Below the pieces are notes generated by a model. The model had not been told where the DNA came from. It saw only the letters and a program-made list of their open reading frames with translations, and did no database searches. A DNA stretch of 26,737 nt from Chloroflexota bacterium (GTDB lineage: Bacteria > Chloroflexota > Dehalococcoidia > Lucifugimonadales > Australimonadaceae), in assembly GCA_028875085.1 (NCBI GenBank), contig JAPPFU010000083.1:1-26737 (forward strand), written 5' to 3'. Made by a program: the position numbers and the translations under genes. The number at the start of each line of letters is the position of its first letter. Within the stretch, counting starts at the first letter, position 1. This document shows, one piece after another, positions 17,238 through 26,066 of the stretch.

Positions 17238-17846
17238 CTAGCGCGAGCGCGCCGCCTCGAACCTGGCGATGTCCGCCTCGTGCCGCAGGGTTAGCCCTAT
17301 CTCGTCGAGGCCGTTGAGCAGGGTGTAGCGGCGGAAGGCGTGCGTCTCGGGGTCTTCGTGGACGACGAAGGGCGCGCTGAAGCCCGCGCCGTCGTCGAGG
17401 CGCTCCGCCTCGAGGTCGACCGTCAGCGCCCAGCCGGGCTGCTCCTTGGCGCGAATCATGATCTGTTCGAGCACGTCGTCGGAGACGATGACGGGGACGA
17501 GGCCGTTCTCGAAGCAGTTCTTGTGGAAGATGTCGGCGAACTTGGGCGCGATGACGACGCGGAAGCCGTAGTCCACCAGCGCCCACACGGCGTGCTCGCG
17601 CGAGGAGCCGCTGCCGAAGTTGCGCCCGCTCACCAGGATGCGCGCGTTCTCGTAGCCGGGGCGGTTCAGTTCGAAGTCGGGCTTGGGCGCGCGGTCGGGC
17701 CCGTAGCGCCACGAGTCGAATAGGTACGGGCCGAAACCCGTCTTCGTGATGAGCTTCAGGTACTGCGCCGGGATGATCTGGTCGGTGTCGACGTTCACGC
17801 GGTCGAGCGCCGCCACCGCGCTGGTGATCTTGTTGAATGCTTCCAT
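17238..17846 (-). CDS. leuD: 3-isopropylmalate dehydratase small subunit
   Basis: NVDTDQIIP, NFGSGSSREHAVWAL, FADIFHKNC and LLNGLDEIGLTL. Confidence 0.96.
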   Translation of the reverse strand: MEAFNKITSAVAALDRVNVDTDQIIPAQYLKLITKTGFGPYLFDSWRYGPDRAPKPDFELNRPGYENARILVSGRNFGSGSSREHAVWALVDYGFRVVIAPKFADIFHKNCFENGLVPVIVSDDVLEQIMIRAKEQPGWALTVDLEAERLDDGAGFSAPFVVHEDPETHAFRRYTLLNGLDEIGLTLRHEADIARFEAARSR

Positions 17847-17849
17847 CGG

Positions 17850-19262
17850 CTACTCCCACTCCCTTACGTCTACGAACCGCCCCGCCACCGCCGCCGCCGC
17901 CGCCATCGCGGGACTGACCAGGTGGGTGCGCCCGCCCTTGCCTTGGCGCCCCTCGAAGTTGCGGTTCGAAGTGGAGGCGCAGCGCTCGCCCGGCTGCAGC
18001 ACGTCGGGGTTCATCCCCAGGCACATGGAGCAGCCCGCCTCCCGCCAGTCGAACCCCGCCTCGCGGAAGACCGCGTCGAGGCCCTCGGCCTCGGCGAGCA
18101 GCTTCGTCTGCGTGGAGCCGGGCACCACCATCGCGTAGACGTCGGGATGCACGCGTCGCCCCTTGGCGACGGCGGCGGCGGCGCGCAGGTCTTCGAGGCG
18201 CGAGTTGGTGCACGAGCCGATGAACACGCGGTCGAGCGCGATGCCCGTGATGGGCGTCCGCGCCTCGAGCCCCATGTACTCCAGCGCCCGCGACGCCGCG
18301 TCGCGGTCTTGCTGCTCCGCGAAGTCGGACGGCGACGGCACGGCGTCCGTAACGGGCACGGCCATGCCGGGGTTGGTGCCCCACGTTACGTAGGGCGCCA
18401 TCTCCGCCGCGTCGATGATCAGCACGCTGTCGTACTCCGCGTCCGGGTCGCTCGGCAGTTGGCGCCAGCGTTCGACCGCCGCGTCCCACTCGTCGCCTTG
18501 CGGCGCGTGGGGGCGGCCTTTCAGGTAGGCGAAGGTGGTTTCGTCGGGCGCGACCATCCCCACGCGCGCGCCCGCCTCAATGGACATGTTGCAGAGCGTC
18601 ATGCGCCCCTCCATCGAGAGGGAGCGGATCGCCTCGCCCGTGTACTCCACGGCGTAGCCCTGCGCCCCGTCCACGCCGATGCGCGCGATGACGCCGAGGA
18701 TGAGGTCTTTGGCGGACACGCCCGTCGGCAGCGCGCCCTCCACCCGTATCTCCATCGTCTTCAGCGGCGACTGCGACAGACACTGCGTCGCCAGCACGTG
18801 CTCCACCTGCGAGGTGCCGATGGGCATGGCGATGGCGCCGAACGCGCCGTGCGTGGAGGTGTGGCTGTCGCCGCACACCACGATCATCCCCGGCTGCGTC
18901 CGCCCCTGCTCCGGCGCGATGACGTGGACGATGCCCTGGTTGGGCGAGTACATGTCGTAGTACTCGATGTCGAACTCCGCCGTGTTCCGCGCCAGCGCGT
19001 CCAACTGCGCCGCCGACACCGCGTCCTCCAGCACCACGTTCCCGCCCGAGCGGTCGTCGGTCGGCACGTTGTGGTCGGCCACGGCGATGGTGAGGTCGGT
19101 GCGGCGTACCTTGCGGTTGTTCAGGCGCAGGCCGTCGAACGCCTGGGGCGAGGTGACTTCGTGGACGAGGTGGAGGTCGACGTAGAGGGTCGCGGGCTGG
19201 CCCGGCTCCTGCCGCACCACGTGGGCGTCCCAAATCTTCTGGAACATCGTTCTCGGCGCCAT
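17850..19262 (-). CDS. leuC: 3-isopropylmalate dehydratase large subunit
   Basis: [54 protein letters not shown] and [12 protein letters not shown]. Confidence 0.97.
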   Translation of the reverse strand: MAPRTMFQKIWDAHVVRQEPGQPATLYVDLHLVHEVTSPQAFDGLRLNNRKVRRTDLTIAVADHNVPTDDRSGGNVVLEDAVSAAQLDALARNTAEFDIEYYDMYSPNQGIVHVIAPEQGRTQPGMIVVCGDSHTSTHGAFGAIAMPIGTSQVEHVLATQCLSQSPLKTMEIRVEGALPTGVSAKDLILGVIARIGVDGAQGYAVEYTGEAIRSLSMEGRMTLCNMSIEAGARVGMVAPDETTFAYLKGRPHAPQGDEWDAAVERWRQLPSDPDAEYDSVLIIDAAEMAPYVTWGTNPGMAVPVTDAVPSPSDFAEQQDRDAASRALEYMGLEARTPITGIALDRVFIGSCTNSRLEDLRAAAAVAKGRRVHPDVYAMVVPGSTQTKLLAEAEGLDAVFREAGFDWREAGCSMCLGMNPDVLQPGERCASTSNRNFEGRQGKGGRTHLVSPAMAAAAAVAGRFVDVREWE

Positions 19263-19351
19263 CGAGCGGTTGCCTCCTGCGGGTGAAGCGGCCTGCGGGC
19301 CGCAGCGAGCGCCTAGGATAGCCGCTGCGCGGCGGCGGCGCTAGGCGGGGA

Positions 19352-19375
19352 GGGCGACCAGCCGGTTGCCCCTAC
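19352..19375 (-). repeat. Second GTAG-type REP-like hairpin (GTAG-GGGCAACC-GGCT-GGTCGCCC)
   Basis: Plus-strand stem GGGCGACC/GGTTGCCC (8 bp, one G.T) followed by CTAC. The TAG of GTAG is the stop codon of the 380-aa ORF. Confidence 0.6.
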
Positions 19376-20514
19376 GGAGAGGGCGGTAGGGCGCGGATGC
19401 AGTACACACCGGGCTCGGTGGGGATGTCGGAGACCGTCGCCTTCTCCATCGGATGCCAAGCCGACCAGGTGAGGCCATCTATGGCCCCATCTTGCTTGGG
19501 GAACTGCTTGTTGCCCCTCACGAACTCCCTGTTGTCGGAGCGCACGAACCCGGGTAGGCGGCCATAGGCGGCATGGTGCGCCCGGAGAAGCGCTGCCTCA
19601 CGCGCTTCACGAGTGTCTGTCTCTGCCCAGCAGACCTCCAACTGCCATCCGCATTCGATGACTGCCTTCTCAGCCCAAGCGAGGAGGCATTTCCCCTCGA
19701 AGGGTTTACCCTCGGTGTGCTTGACCGCGTGGTCTATCCTTCCGGATAGACGATTGTGTAGGTTGACTCCCTCTCCAATGTAGACCAACTGCCAGGCCGC
19801 CTCACGGGCGAGCCGCGCCCGCTCTCGCCGAACCTGGCGCAGCCAGTCATGGTCGGACTCATGGCCGTAAATGATAGGAATTCCGTCCTCGGTGTGGGTA
19901 GGCCTCTTCCCTTCTCGCTCCCGAAGGAGTTTCTTCCGAAATTCTTCCGCAACGGGACGAAGAAGCTGCCGAATCTCGTCCTTCCAATCCTCGATGGACG
20001 AAGGAGCCTTGGGCTGTGCCGGTGAGACGCTCGCCACGCGGTTGGCATCGCGGCGGATGTTCACCCAACGCTCTTCGCCGCCGAGCGTCATGATAGGGAT
20101 GGCCTCGCACACCGCTGCGATGAGGAAGACGCCGGGCGCCGCCGGGATGTTCGGCAGGTTGCTCTTGTGCATTGCAAGCAGGCCCGACCAGTTCAACGGG
20201 CCGACCTCTCCTTTGACCGTTACGCTGACTTTGTTGCCGGGGCTTCCCTTGAAGGACGGCTTGTAGCCGTGGCGCGCTTCGTGCGCCTCGACCAACGCCG
20301 CCTTGTGGTCGGCTGCGCTCTGGGCGCTCGGAAGCTGCGCCCACATCACCACGCCGTGCCAGCCGTCCGGGTCCTTCGACAGCGTCTTCTCCGCCGGGGA
20401 ACGGTAGCGCTCCGGGTCGGCGATGCGCCGCGCGATGGCCGCCCGCAGGCCTCCGGCTCCGGCTGCGCGGCCGATGTGCACCGCCTCCTCTTCCACGCTC
20501 GCCACGATTGTCAA
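19372..20514 (-). CDS. Hypothetical protein with two internal repeats carrying GIY-YIG nuclease-like motifs
   Basis: 380-aa ORF with a consensus promoter and AAGGAGG upstream; visibly more A/T-rich than the leu genes. Repeat 1: VHIG13-15 ... GNK ... LNWS ... IPAAPGVF. Repeat 2: VYIG245-247 ... NRL ... E306AALL ... YGRLP ... GNK ... LTWS ... IPTEPGVY. Exact start uncertain (TTG). Confidence 0.72.
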   Translation of the reverse strand: MTIVASVEEEAVHIGRAAGAGGLRAAIARRIADPERYRSPAEKTLSKDPDGWHGVVMWAQLPSAQSAADHKAALVEAHEARHGYKPSFKGSPGNKVSVTVKGEVGPLNWSGLLAMHKSNLPNIPAAPGVFLIAAVCEAIPIMTLGGEERWVNIRRDANRVASVSPAQPKAPSSIEDWKDEIRQLLRPVAEEFRKKLLREREGKRPTHTEDGIPIIYGHESDHDWLRQVRRERARLAREAAWQLVYIGEGVNLHNRLSGRIDHAVKHTEGKPFEGKCLLAWAEKAVIECGWQLEVCWAETDTREAREAALLRAHHAAYGRLPGFVRSDNREFVRGNKQFPKQDGAIDGLTWSAWHPMEKATVSDIPTEPGVYCIRALPPSP

Positions 20515-20548
20515 ACGTTCGATGATGCGCCTCCTTATACCGCAGAAT

Positions 20549-20676
20549 TAGCAGCGAATTCGTGGATGAGACGCTGGTTTGCCTTACGGAATGTCCCGTG
20601 CGGAACTAGCGCTCAAATGCGGCGATTATCGCCGTAATCAGCGCTGTTTCTAGCGTCTCGAAACGAGGGAATGCTA
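20549..20676 (+). ncRNA. Candidate structured RNA (long rod ending in a three-way junction); family unknown, strand inferred
   Basis: Hand-folded helices: 20549-53/20672-76, 20559-63/20663-67, 20568-77/20650-59 (10 bp), 20585-89/20596-600, 20607-13/20640-46 and 20618-25/20629-36. Five G.U pairs on + become A.C mismatches on -. Confidence 0.45.
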
Positions 20677-20681
20677 CGCTT

Positions 20682-20710
20682 ATTATACGGGATTCGCCCG
20701 CATTTGTCAA
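20682..20710 (-). promoter_or_regulatory. Perfect consensus sigma70 promoter pointing at the 380-aa ORF
   Basis: TTGACA (20710-20705), 17-nt spacer, TATAAT (20687-20682) on the minus strand. Confidence 0.85.
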
Positions 20711-20749
20711 GCCGCGCCCGTAAATGACTCCCGCATAGCATGCAGCGTC

Positions 20750-20762
20750 GTAGGGACAGGTT
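20750..20762 (+). repeat. Half copy of the GTAG REP at 10652
   Basis: GTAGGGACAGGTT is identical to 10652-10664; the second arm is missing. Confidence 0.62.
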
Positions 20763-20776
20763 GCCTCTTACTCGGG

Positions 20777-22336
<1,560 letters not shown>

Positions 22337-22383
22337 GATGGTTCCCCGTTCGTTCCGTCCGGTGAGCGCCGCAGCGCCCGCGC

Positions 22384-23379
22384 CTAGTGCTGCTTCAAGA
22401 AGGACATCATCTCGCGTAACTGGGCGCCGACCTCTTCGATCTGGTGCCCCGCGTCCTGCTCGCGTAAGCGCTTGAAGCGGTGGCCGCCTTCGTGGTTCTC
22501 GGCGATCCACTCGCGGGCGAACGTGCCGTCCTGTATCTGCGCGAGCACCTGCTTCATCGCCGCGCGCACGTGGTCGTCGACGATGACGGGGCCGCGGGTG
22601 TAGTCGCCGAACTCGGCGGTGTCGCTCACCGAGTAGCGCATGTACTTGAGGCCGCCCTCGTACATCAGGTCGACGATGAGCTTGAGTTCGTGCAGCACCT
22701 CGAAGTAGGCGATCTCCGGCTGGTAGCCCGCCTCGACGAGCGTCTCGAACCCTGCCTTGACCAGCGCCGCCGTCCCGCCGCAGAGCACCGACTGCTCGCC
22801 GAACAGGTCGGTCTCCGTCTCCTCTTTGAAGGTGGTCTGCACGATGCCGGCGCGCATGCTGCCGACGCCCGCGCCGTAGGCGAGCGCGTTGGGCAGCGCC
22901 TCGCCCGACGCGTCCTGGTGGATGGCGACGAGCGCGGGCACGCCGGAACCTTGGGTGAACACCTCGCGCATGCGATGCCCCGGCGCCTTGGGCGCGATCA
23001 TCGACACGTCGACGTCGGCGGGCGGCGTTATCTCCTTGAAGTGGATGTTGAACCCGTGGGCGAACATCAGCGTCTTGGACGAGTCGAGGTGCGGCTCGAT
23101 GGCGCTCTCGTACAGCCCGCGCTGGACGGTGTCCGGAACCAGCACCATGATGACGTCGGACGCCTTGGCGACCTCTTCGGGCAGGGCGACGGACAGGCCC
23201 GCCGCCTCGGCGCGCGCGCGGCTCGACGAGCCCGCGTGCAGGCCGACGACCACGTCGACGCCGTTGTCGCGCAGGTTGAGCGCGTGGGCGTGGCCCTGGG
23301 AGCCGTAGCCCATAACGCCGATGCGCTTGCCCTCCAAGCGCGAGGGGTCCGCGTCCTTCTCGTAGTAGACCGTTGCCAT
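22384..23379 (-). CDS. ilvC: Ketol-acid reductoisomerase
   Basis: [49 protein letters not shown] and [10 protein letters not shown]. Confidence 0.97.
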   Translation of the reverse strand: MATVYYEKDADPSRLEGKRIGVMGYGSQGHAHALNLRDNGVDVVVGLHAGSSSRARAEAAGLSVALPEEVAKASDVIMVLVPDTVQRGLYESAIEPHLDSSKTLMFAHGFNIHFKEITPPADVDVSMIAPKAPGHRMREVFTQGSGVPALVAIHQDASGEALPNALAYGAGVGSMRAGIVQTTFKEETETDLFGEQSVLCGGTAALVKAGFETLVEAGYQPEIAYFEVLHELKLIVDLMYEGGLKYMRYSVSDTAEFGDYTRGPVIVDDHVRAAMKQVLAQIQDGTFAREWIAENHEGGHRFKRLREQDAGHQIEEVGAQLREMMSFLKQH

Positions 23380-23409
23380 ACTCTCTCCTCGTTCGAGTCG
23401 CGCCCGCTG

Positions 23410-23979
23410 CTAGGGCACGACCTCGGTGTCCGGCGCGCTCTTGTCCGTCCGCTGCGGCTCCGCGCGCCCGCTCCCGGTCGCGGCCGCGCCGCGCGCCATA
23501 GCGACGCGCCCCGTGCGCATGATCTCGCGCACGCCGTAGGGCTTCAGCAGTTGCAGCAGCGCGTCCACCTTGTCCTCGCCGCCCGTCGTCTCGATGATGA
23601 GCGCCCCCGGGCTCACGTCGATGACGTTCGCCCGGAAGATGGCCGCCGTCTCGAGGATGGCCGCGCGGTTCTGCGGGGTGGCCGCGACCTTGATGAGCGC
23701 CAGTTCGCGCGCCACGATGTTCTCCGCCGAGATGTCGTTCACGCGCACCACGTCAATCAGCTTGTAGAGCTGCTTTGCCACCTGCTCCACGACGTAGTTG
23801 TCGCCCTCGACGACGAAGGTCATCCGCGACAGCCCCGGCGATTCGCTGTGGCCCACGACGAGGTTGGAGATGTTGAACCCGCGGCGGCGGAACAGTCCCG
23901 CCACCCGCGCGAGCACCCCCGGCCGGTCGTGAACGAGCGCCGTGATGGTGCGCGAGCCGTTGCTTTGCGCTACCGCCAT
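23410..23979 (-). CDS. ilvN: Acetolactate synthase small (regulatory) subunit
   Basis: ITALVHDRPGVLARVAGLFRRRGFNI, QVAKQLYKLIDV, RELALIKV and EIMRTGRVAM. Start MAVAQ at 23979 overlaps the ilvB stop. Confidence 0.95.
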   Translation of the reverse strand: MAVAQSNGSRTITALVHDRPGVLARVAGLFRRRGFNISNLVVGHSESPGLSRMTFVVEGDNYVVEQVAKQLYKLIDVVRVNDISAENIVARELALIKVAATPQNRAAILETAAIFRANVIDVSPGALIIETTGGEDKVDALLQLLKPYGVREIMRTGRVAMARGAAATGSGRAEPQRTDKSAPDTEVVP

Positions 23980-25670
23980 GCGCGCTCTCCTTCGGGCGCC
24001 GGGCCTTCCAGCATCTCGGCCACGCTCTCCCCTGCTGGGACGTGCGGGTACACGTTCTCCTCTGGCTCCACCATGAAGTCGATGAGGGCGGGGCCGTCGT
24101 GCGCCATAGCGTCGTCGATGGCCTGGCGCACCTGGCCGCGCTCTGTCACCCGCGTCGCCCACACGCCGTAGGCGTCCGCCAACTTCACGAAGTCGGGGTT
24201 GCCGGAATAGCCGGATGCGACGCGCACACCGTCGTTGAAGAGGTCTTGCAGCTGGCGCACCAGGCCGAGGTGGTTGTTGTTCAGGATGGCGAACTTCACC
24301 GGCACACGGTTCTCGACGATGGTCGCCAACTCCGCCATCGTCATCTGGAACCCGCCGTCGCCCGCGATGCTCCACACCGTCTTGTCAGGGCGCCCCATCG
24401 CGGCGCCCATCGCCGCGCCGACCTCGAACCCCATCGTGCCGAGGCCGCCAGAGGTGAGCCAGGCGCCTGGCTCCGTGAAGCGGTAGTGCTGCGCCGCCCA
24501 CATCTGATGCTGCCCCACGCCGGTTACGACGATGGCGTTGCCCTCGGTCGCGTCCGACAGTTCGCGCACGACGTACTGCGGCAGCAGACCGTCGCTCTCG
24601 CGGATGCGGTAGGACGGATGCTCGTCGCGCAGGCGGTCGATCTCTTGCAGCCACTCCGTCCGCACGGCGGGTTCGACCTCGCGCGCCAGGGCATGCAGCA
24701 CGCGCTTGGCGTCGCCCACGATGGGCACGGTTACGCGGATGTTCTTGCCGACCTCGGCCGGGTCGATGTCGATGTGCACCACTTTGGCGTTGGGCGCGAA
24801 GGAACTGATGCGTCCCGTAACGCGGTCGTCGAACCGCATCCCCACTGCCACCAGTAGGTCGGCGCGGTCAATGGCCCAGTTGTTGTGCGCCCAGCCGTGC
24901 ATCCCCGGCATTCCGAGCGAGAGCACGTGGTCCTCGTTGACCGCGCTGATGCCCAACAACGTGGTGATGACCGGGATCTGCGCCTTCTCCGCCAGTTCGC
25001 GCAACTCGGCCATCGCGCCCGAGATGAGCACGCCGTGCCCTGCCAGGATCAGCGGGCGCTCGGCGTCGCGAATCAGCCGCGCCGCCCGCTTAATCATCTG
25101 CGCGTGCCCCTCCAGCGTCGGCCTGTAGGAGCGCATGCGGATGTCGTCCGGATAGTCGAACTCCGCCCGCTCCGTCTGCACGTCGCGCGGCAGGTCGATG
25201 AGCACCGGGCCGGGGCGCCCCGTCCTCGCGACGTGGAACGCCTCTTTGAGCGTCGCCGGCAGTTCCGCCGCGCTCATCACCAGGTAGTTGTGCTTGGTGA
25301 TGGGCAGCGTGATGCCGGTGGTGTCCGTCTCCTGGAAGGCGTCGCGGCCGATGGCCGCCCGCGGCACCTGCCCCGTGATGGCGACGATGGGCACGGAGTC
25401 CATCATCGCCGTCGCCAGCGGTGTAACCAAGTTGGTCGCGCCAGGGCCGGAGGTGGCGATGCAGACGCCCACTTTGCCCGTGGCGCGCGCGTAGCCGTCC
25501 GCCGCGTGGCCCGCGTTCTGTTCGTGGCGCACGAGGACGTGGCGCAGCCCCGGATATTCCGGCAGCGTCTGATACAGCGGCAGGATCGCGCCGCCAGGCA
25601 GCCCGAAGGCGATGTCCACGCCCTCGCGCAACAGCGCCGCGCACACCATCTGCCCGCCCGTCAACCGCAT
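23970..25670 (-). CDS. ilvB: Acetolactate synthase large (catalytic) subunit
   Basis: FGLPGGAILP, VRHEQNAGHAADGYARATGKVGV, TSGPGATN, GMPGMHG, TSGGLGTMGF and the ThDP motif GDGGFQM...NN. AAGGAG RBS before MRLTGG at 25670. Confidence 0.96.
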   Translation of the reverse strand: MRLTGGQMVCAALLREGVDIAFGLPGGAILPLYQTLPEYPGLRHVLVRHEQNAGHAADGYARATGKVGVCIATSGPGATNLVTPLATAMMDSVPIVAITGQVPRAAIGRDAFQETDTTGITLPITKHNYLVMSAAELPATLKEAFHVARTGRPGPVLIDLPRDVQTERAEFDYPDDIRMRSYRPTLEGHAQMIKRAARLIRDAERPLILAGHGVLISGAMAELRELAEKAQIPVITTLLGISAVNEDHVLSLGMPGMHGWAHNNWAIDRADLLVAVGMRFDDRVTGRISSFAPNAKVVHIDIDPAEVGKNIRVTVPIVGDAKRVLHALAREVEPAVRTEWLQEIDRLRDEHPSYRIRESDGLLPQYVVRELSDATEGNAIVVTGVGQHQMWAAQHYRFTEPGAWLTSGGLGTMGFEVGAAMGAAMGRPDKTVWSIAGDGGFQMTMAELATIVENRVPVKFAILNNNHLGLVRQLQDLFNDGVRVASGYSGNPDFVKLADAYGVWATRVTERGQVRQAIDDAMAHDGPALIDFMVEPEENVYPHVPAGESVAEMLEGPAPEGERAWR

Positions 25671-25715
25671 CGCCGCTCCTTCGCCTTTTTTGCTTCGCGC
25701 CTCAGCGCCGCGCCC

Positions 25716-25749
25716 AAACAAAAAGCCCGCCCCCACGCAAGGGACGAGC
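25716..25749 (-). terminator. Intrinsic terminator of the T-box leader
   Basis: GCTCGTCCCT-TGCG-TGGGGGCGGGC region forms a ~10-bp stem with G.U pairs, followed by TTTTTGTTT, immediately 3' of the T-box sequence. Confidence 0.82.
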
Positions 25750-25950
25750 TGCTGTGCCCGCGGTGCCACCCTCGTTCCCCCCAGATGCGGGGGACTCTCG
25801 GTTGCGCGGTAACGGCGCGCTCCGCCGCCCTACTCCATTCGGGCCGGCCGCTCCGAGACGAGTTCGGGGCCTCGTTCGCCGCCGGCCTCACACCATGCGC
25901 CGGCTCGCTCGGGCTCGTCTGTCCCTACTACTTCTCTTCCTCGCGGAATG
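25716..25950 (-). promoter_or_regulatory. T-box riboswitch, Leu (CUC) specifier, controlling the ilv-leu operon
   Basis: T-box AACGAGGGTGGCACCGCG (25776-25759). Stem I with AGTA, AGCGAG bulge, GGTGTGA distal loop and GAA-CTC-G specifier (CTC at 25862-25860). GCCGTTA in stem IIA/B, stem III TCCCCC/GGGGGGA, and a terminator. Confidence 0.9.
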
Positions 25951-25972
25951 AGTGCTTGTCGGATGTTGCGGC

Positions 25973-26002
25973 ATCGTAGCGGATGACGGCGGCGGCTGTC
26001 AA
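25973..26002 (-). promoter_or_regulatory. Sigma70-like promoter of the T-box/ilvB leader
   Basis: TTGACA (26002-25997), 18-nt spacer, TACGAT (25978-25973), just upstream of T-box stem I. Confidence 0.7.
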
Positions 26003-26066
26003 CCGCATACGCCTGCCTCTGCGCCGCCATGGCGCGGCGGAAGGGGGCGAGGGCGGGGCGCTCTCT

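Noticed and set aside
16111-18489. 792-aa ORF that looks like a LeuB fusion
   Set aside because: The N-terminal 424 codons are an alternate frame over leuC/leuD. LeuB has its own GGAGG RBS and ATG at 17217.
20515-20550. Missing N-terminal GIY strand hidden upstream of the 380-aa ORF by a frameshift
   Set aside because: The in-frame upstream sequence hits TAA at 20550-20548 after FCGIRRRIIER. I saw no PGVY-like motif upstream, and the interval is occupied by the SD and the structured element, though I did not translate the other two frames fully.
20560-20666. Hammerhead ribozyme resemblance (UCGU...GAUGAG-stem-GAAACGA on +)
   Set aside because: The core needs CUGAUGA plus stem I. Here it is UGGAUGA, stem I is absent, and stem II is out of register with GAAA.
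20549-20676. c-di-GMP-I riboswitch, 6S RNA, SRP RNA or integron attC identity for the structured element
   Set aside because: GGCAAACC and GGGAC occur in the wrong order for c-di-GMP-I; it is short and branched for 6S; there is no SRP GGAA-loop motif; and there are no RYYYAAC/GTTRRRY boxes.
25661-26030. Small ORFs upstream of ilvB as a leader peptide attenuator
   Set aside because: They have no Leu/Ile/Val codon run, and the region is fully explained by the T-box and its promoter.
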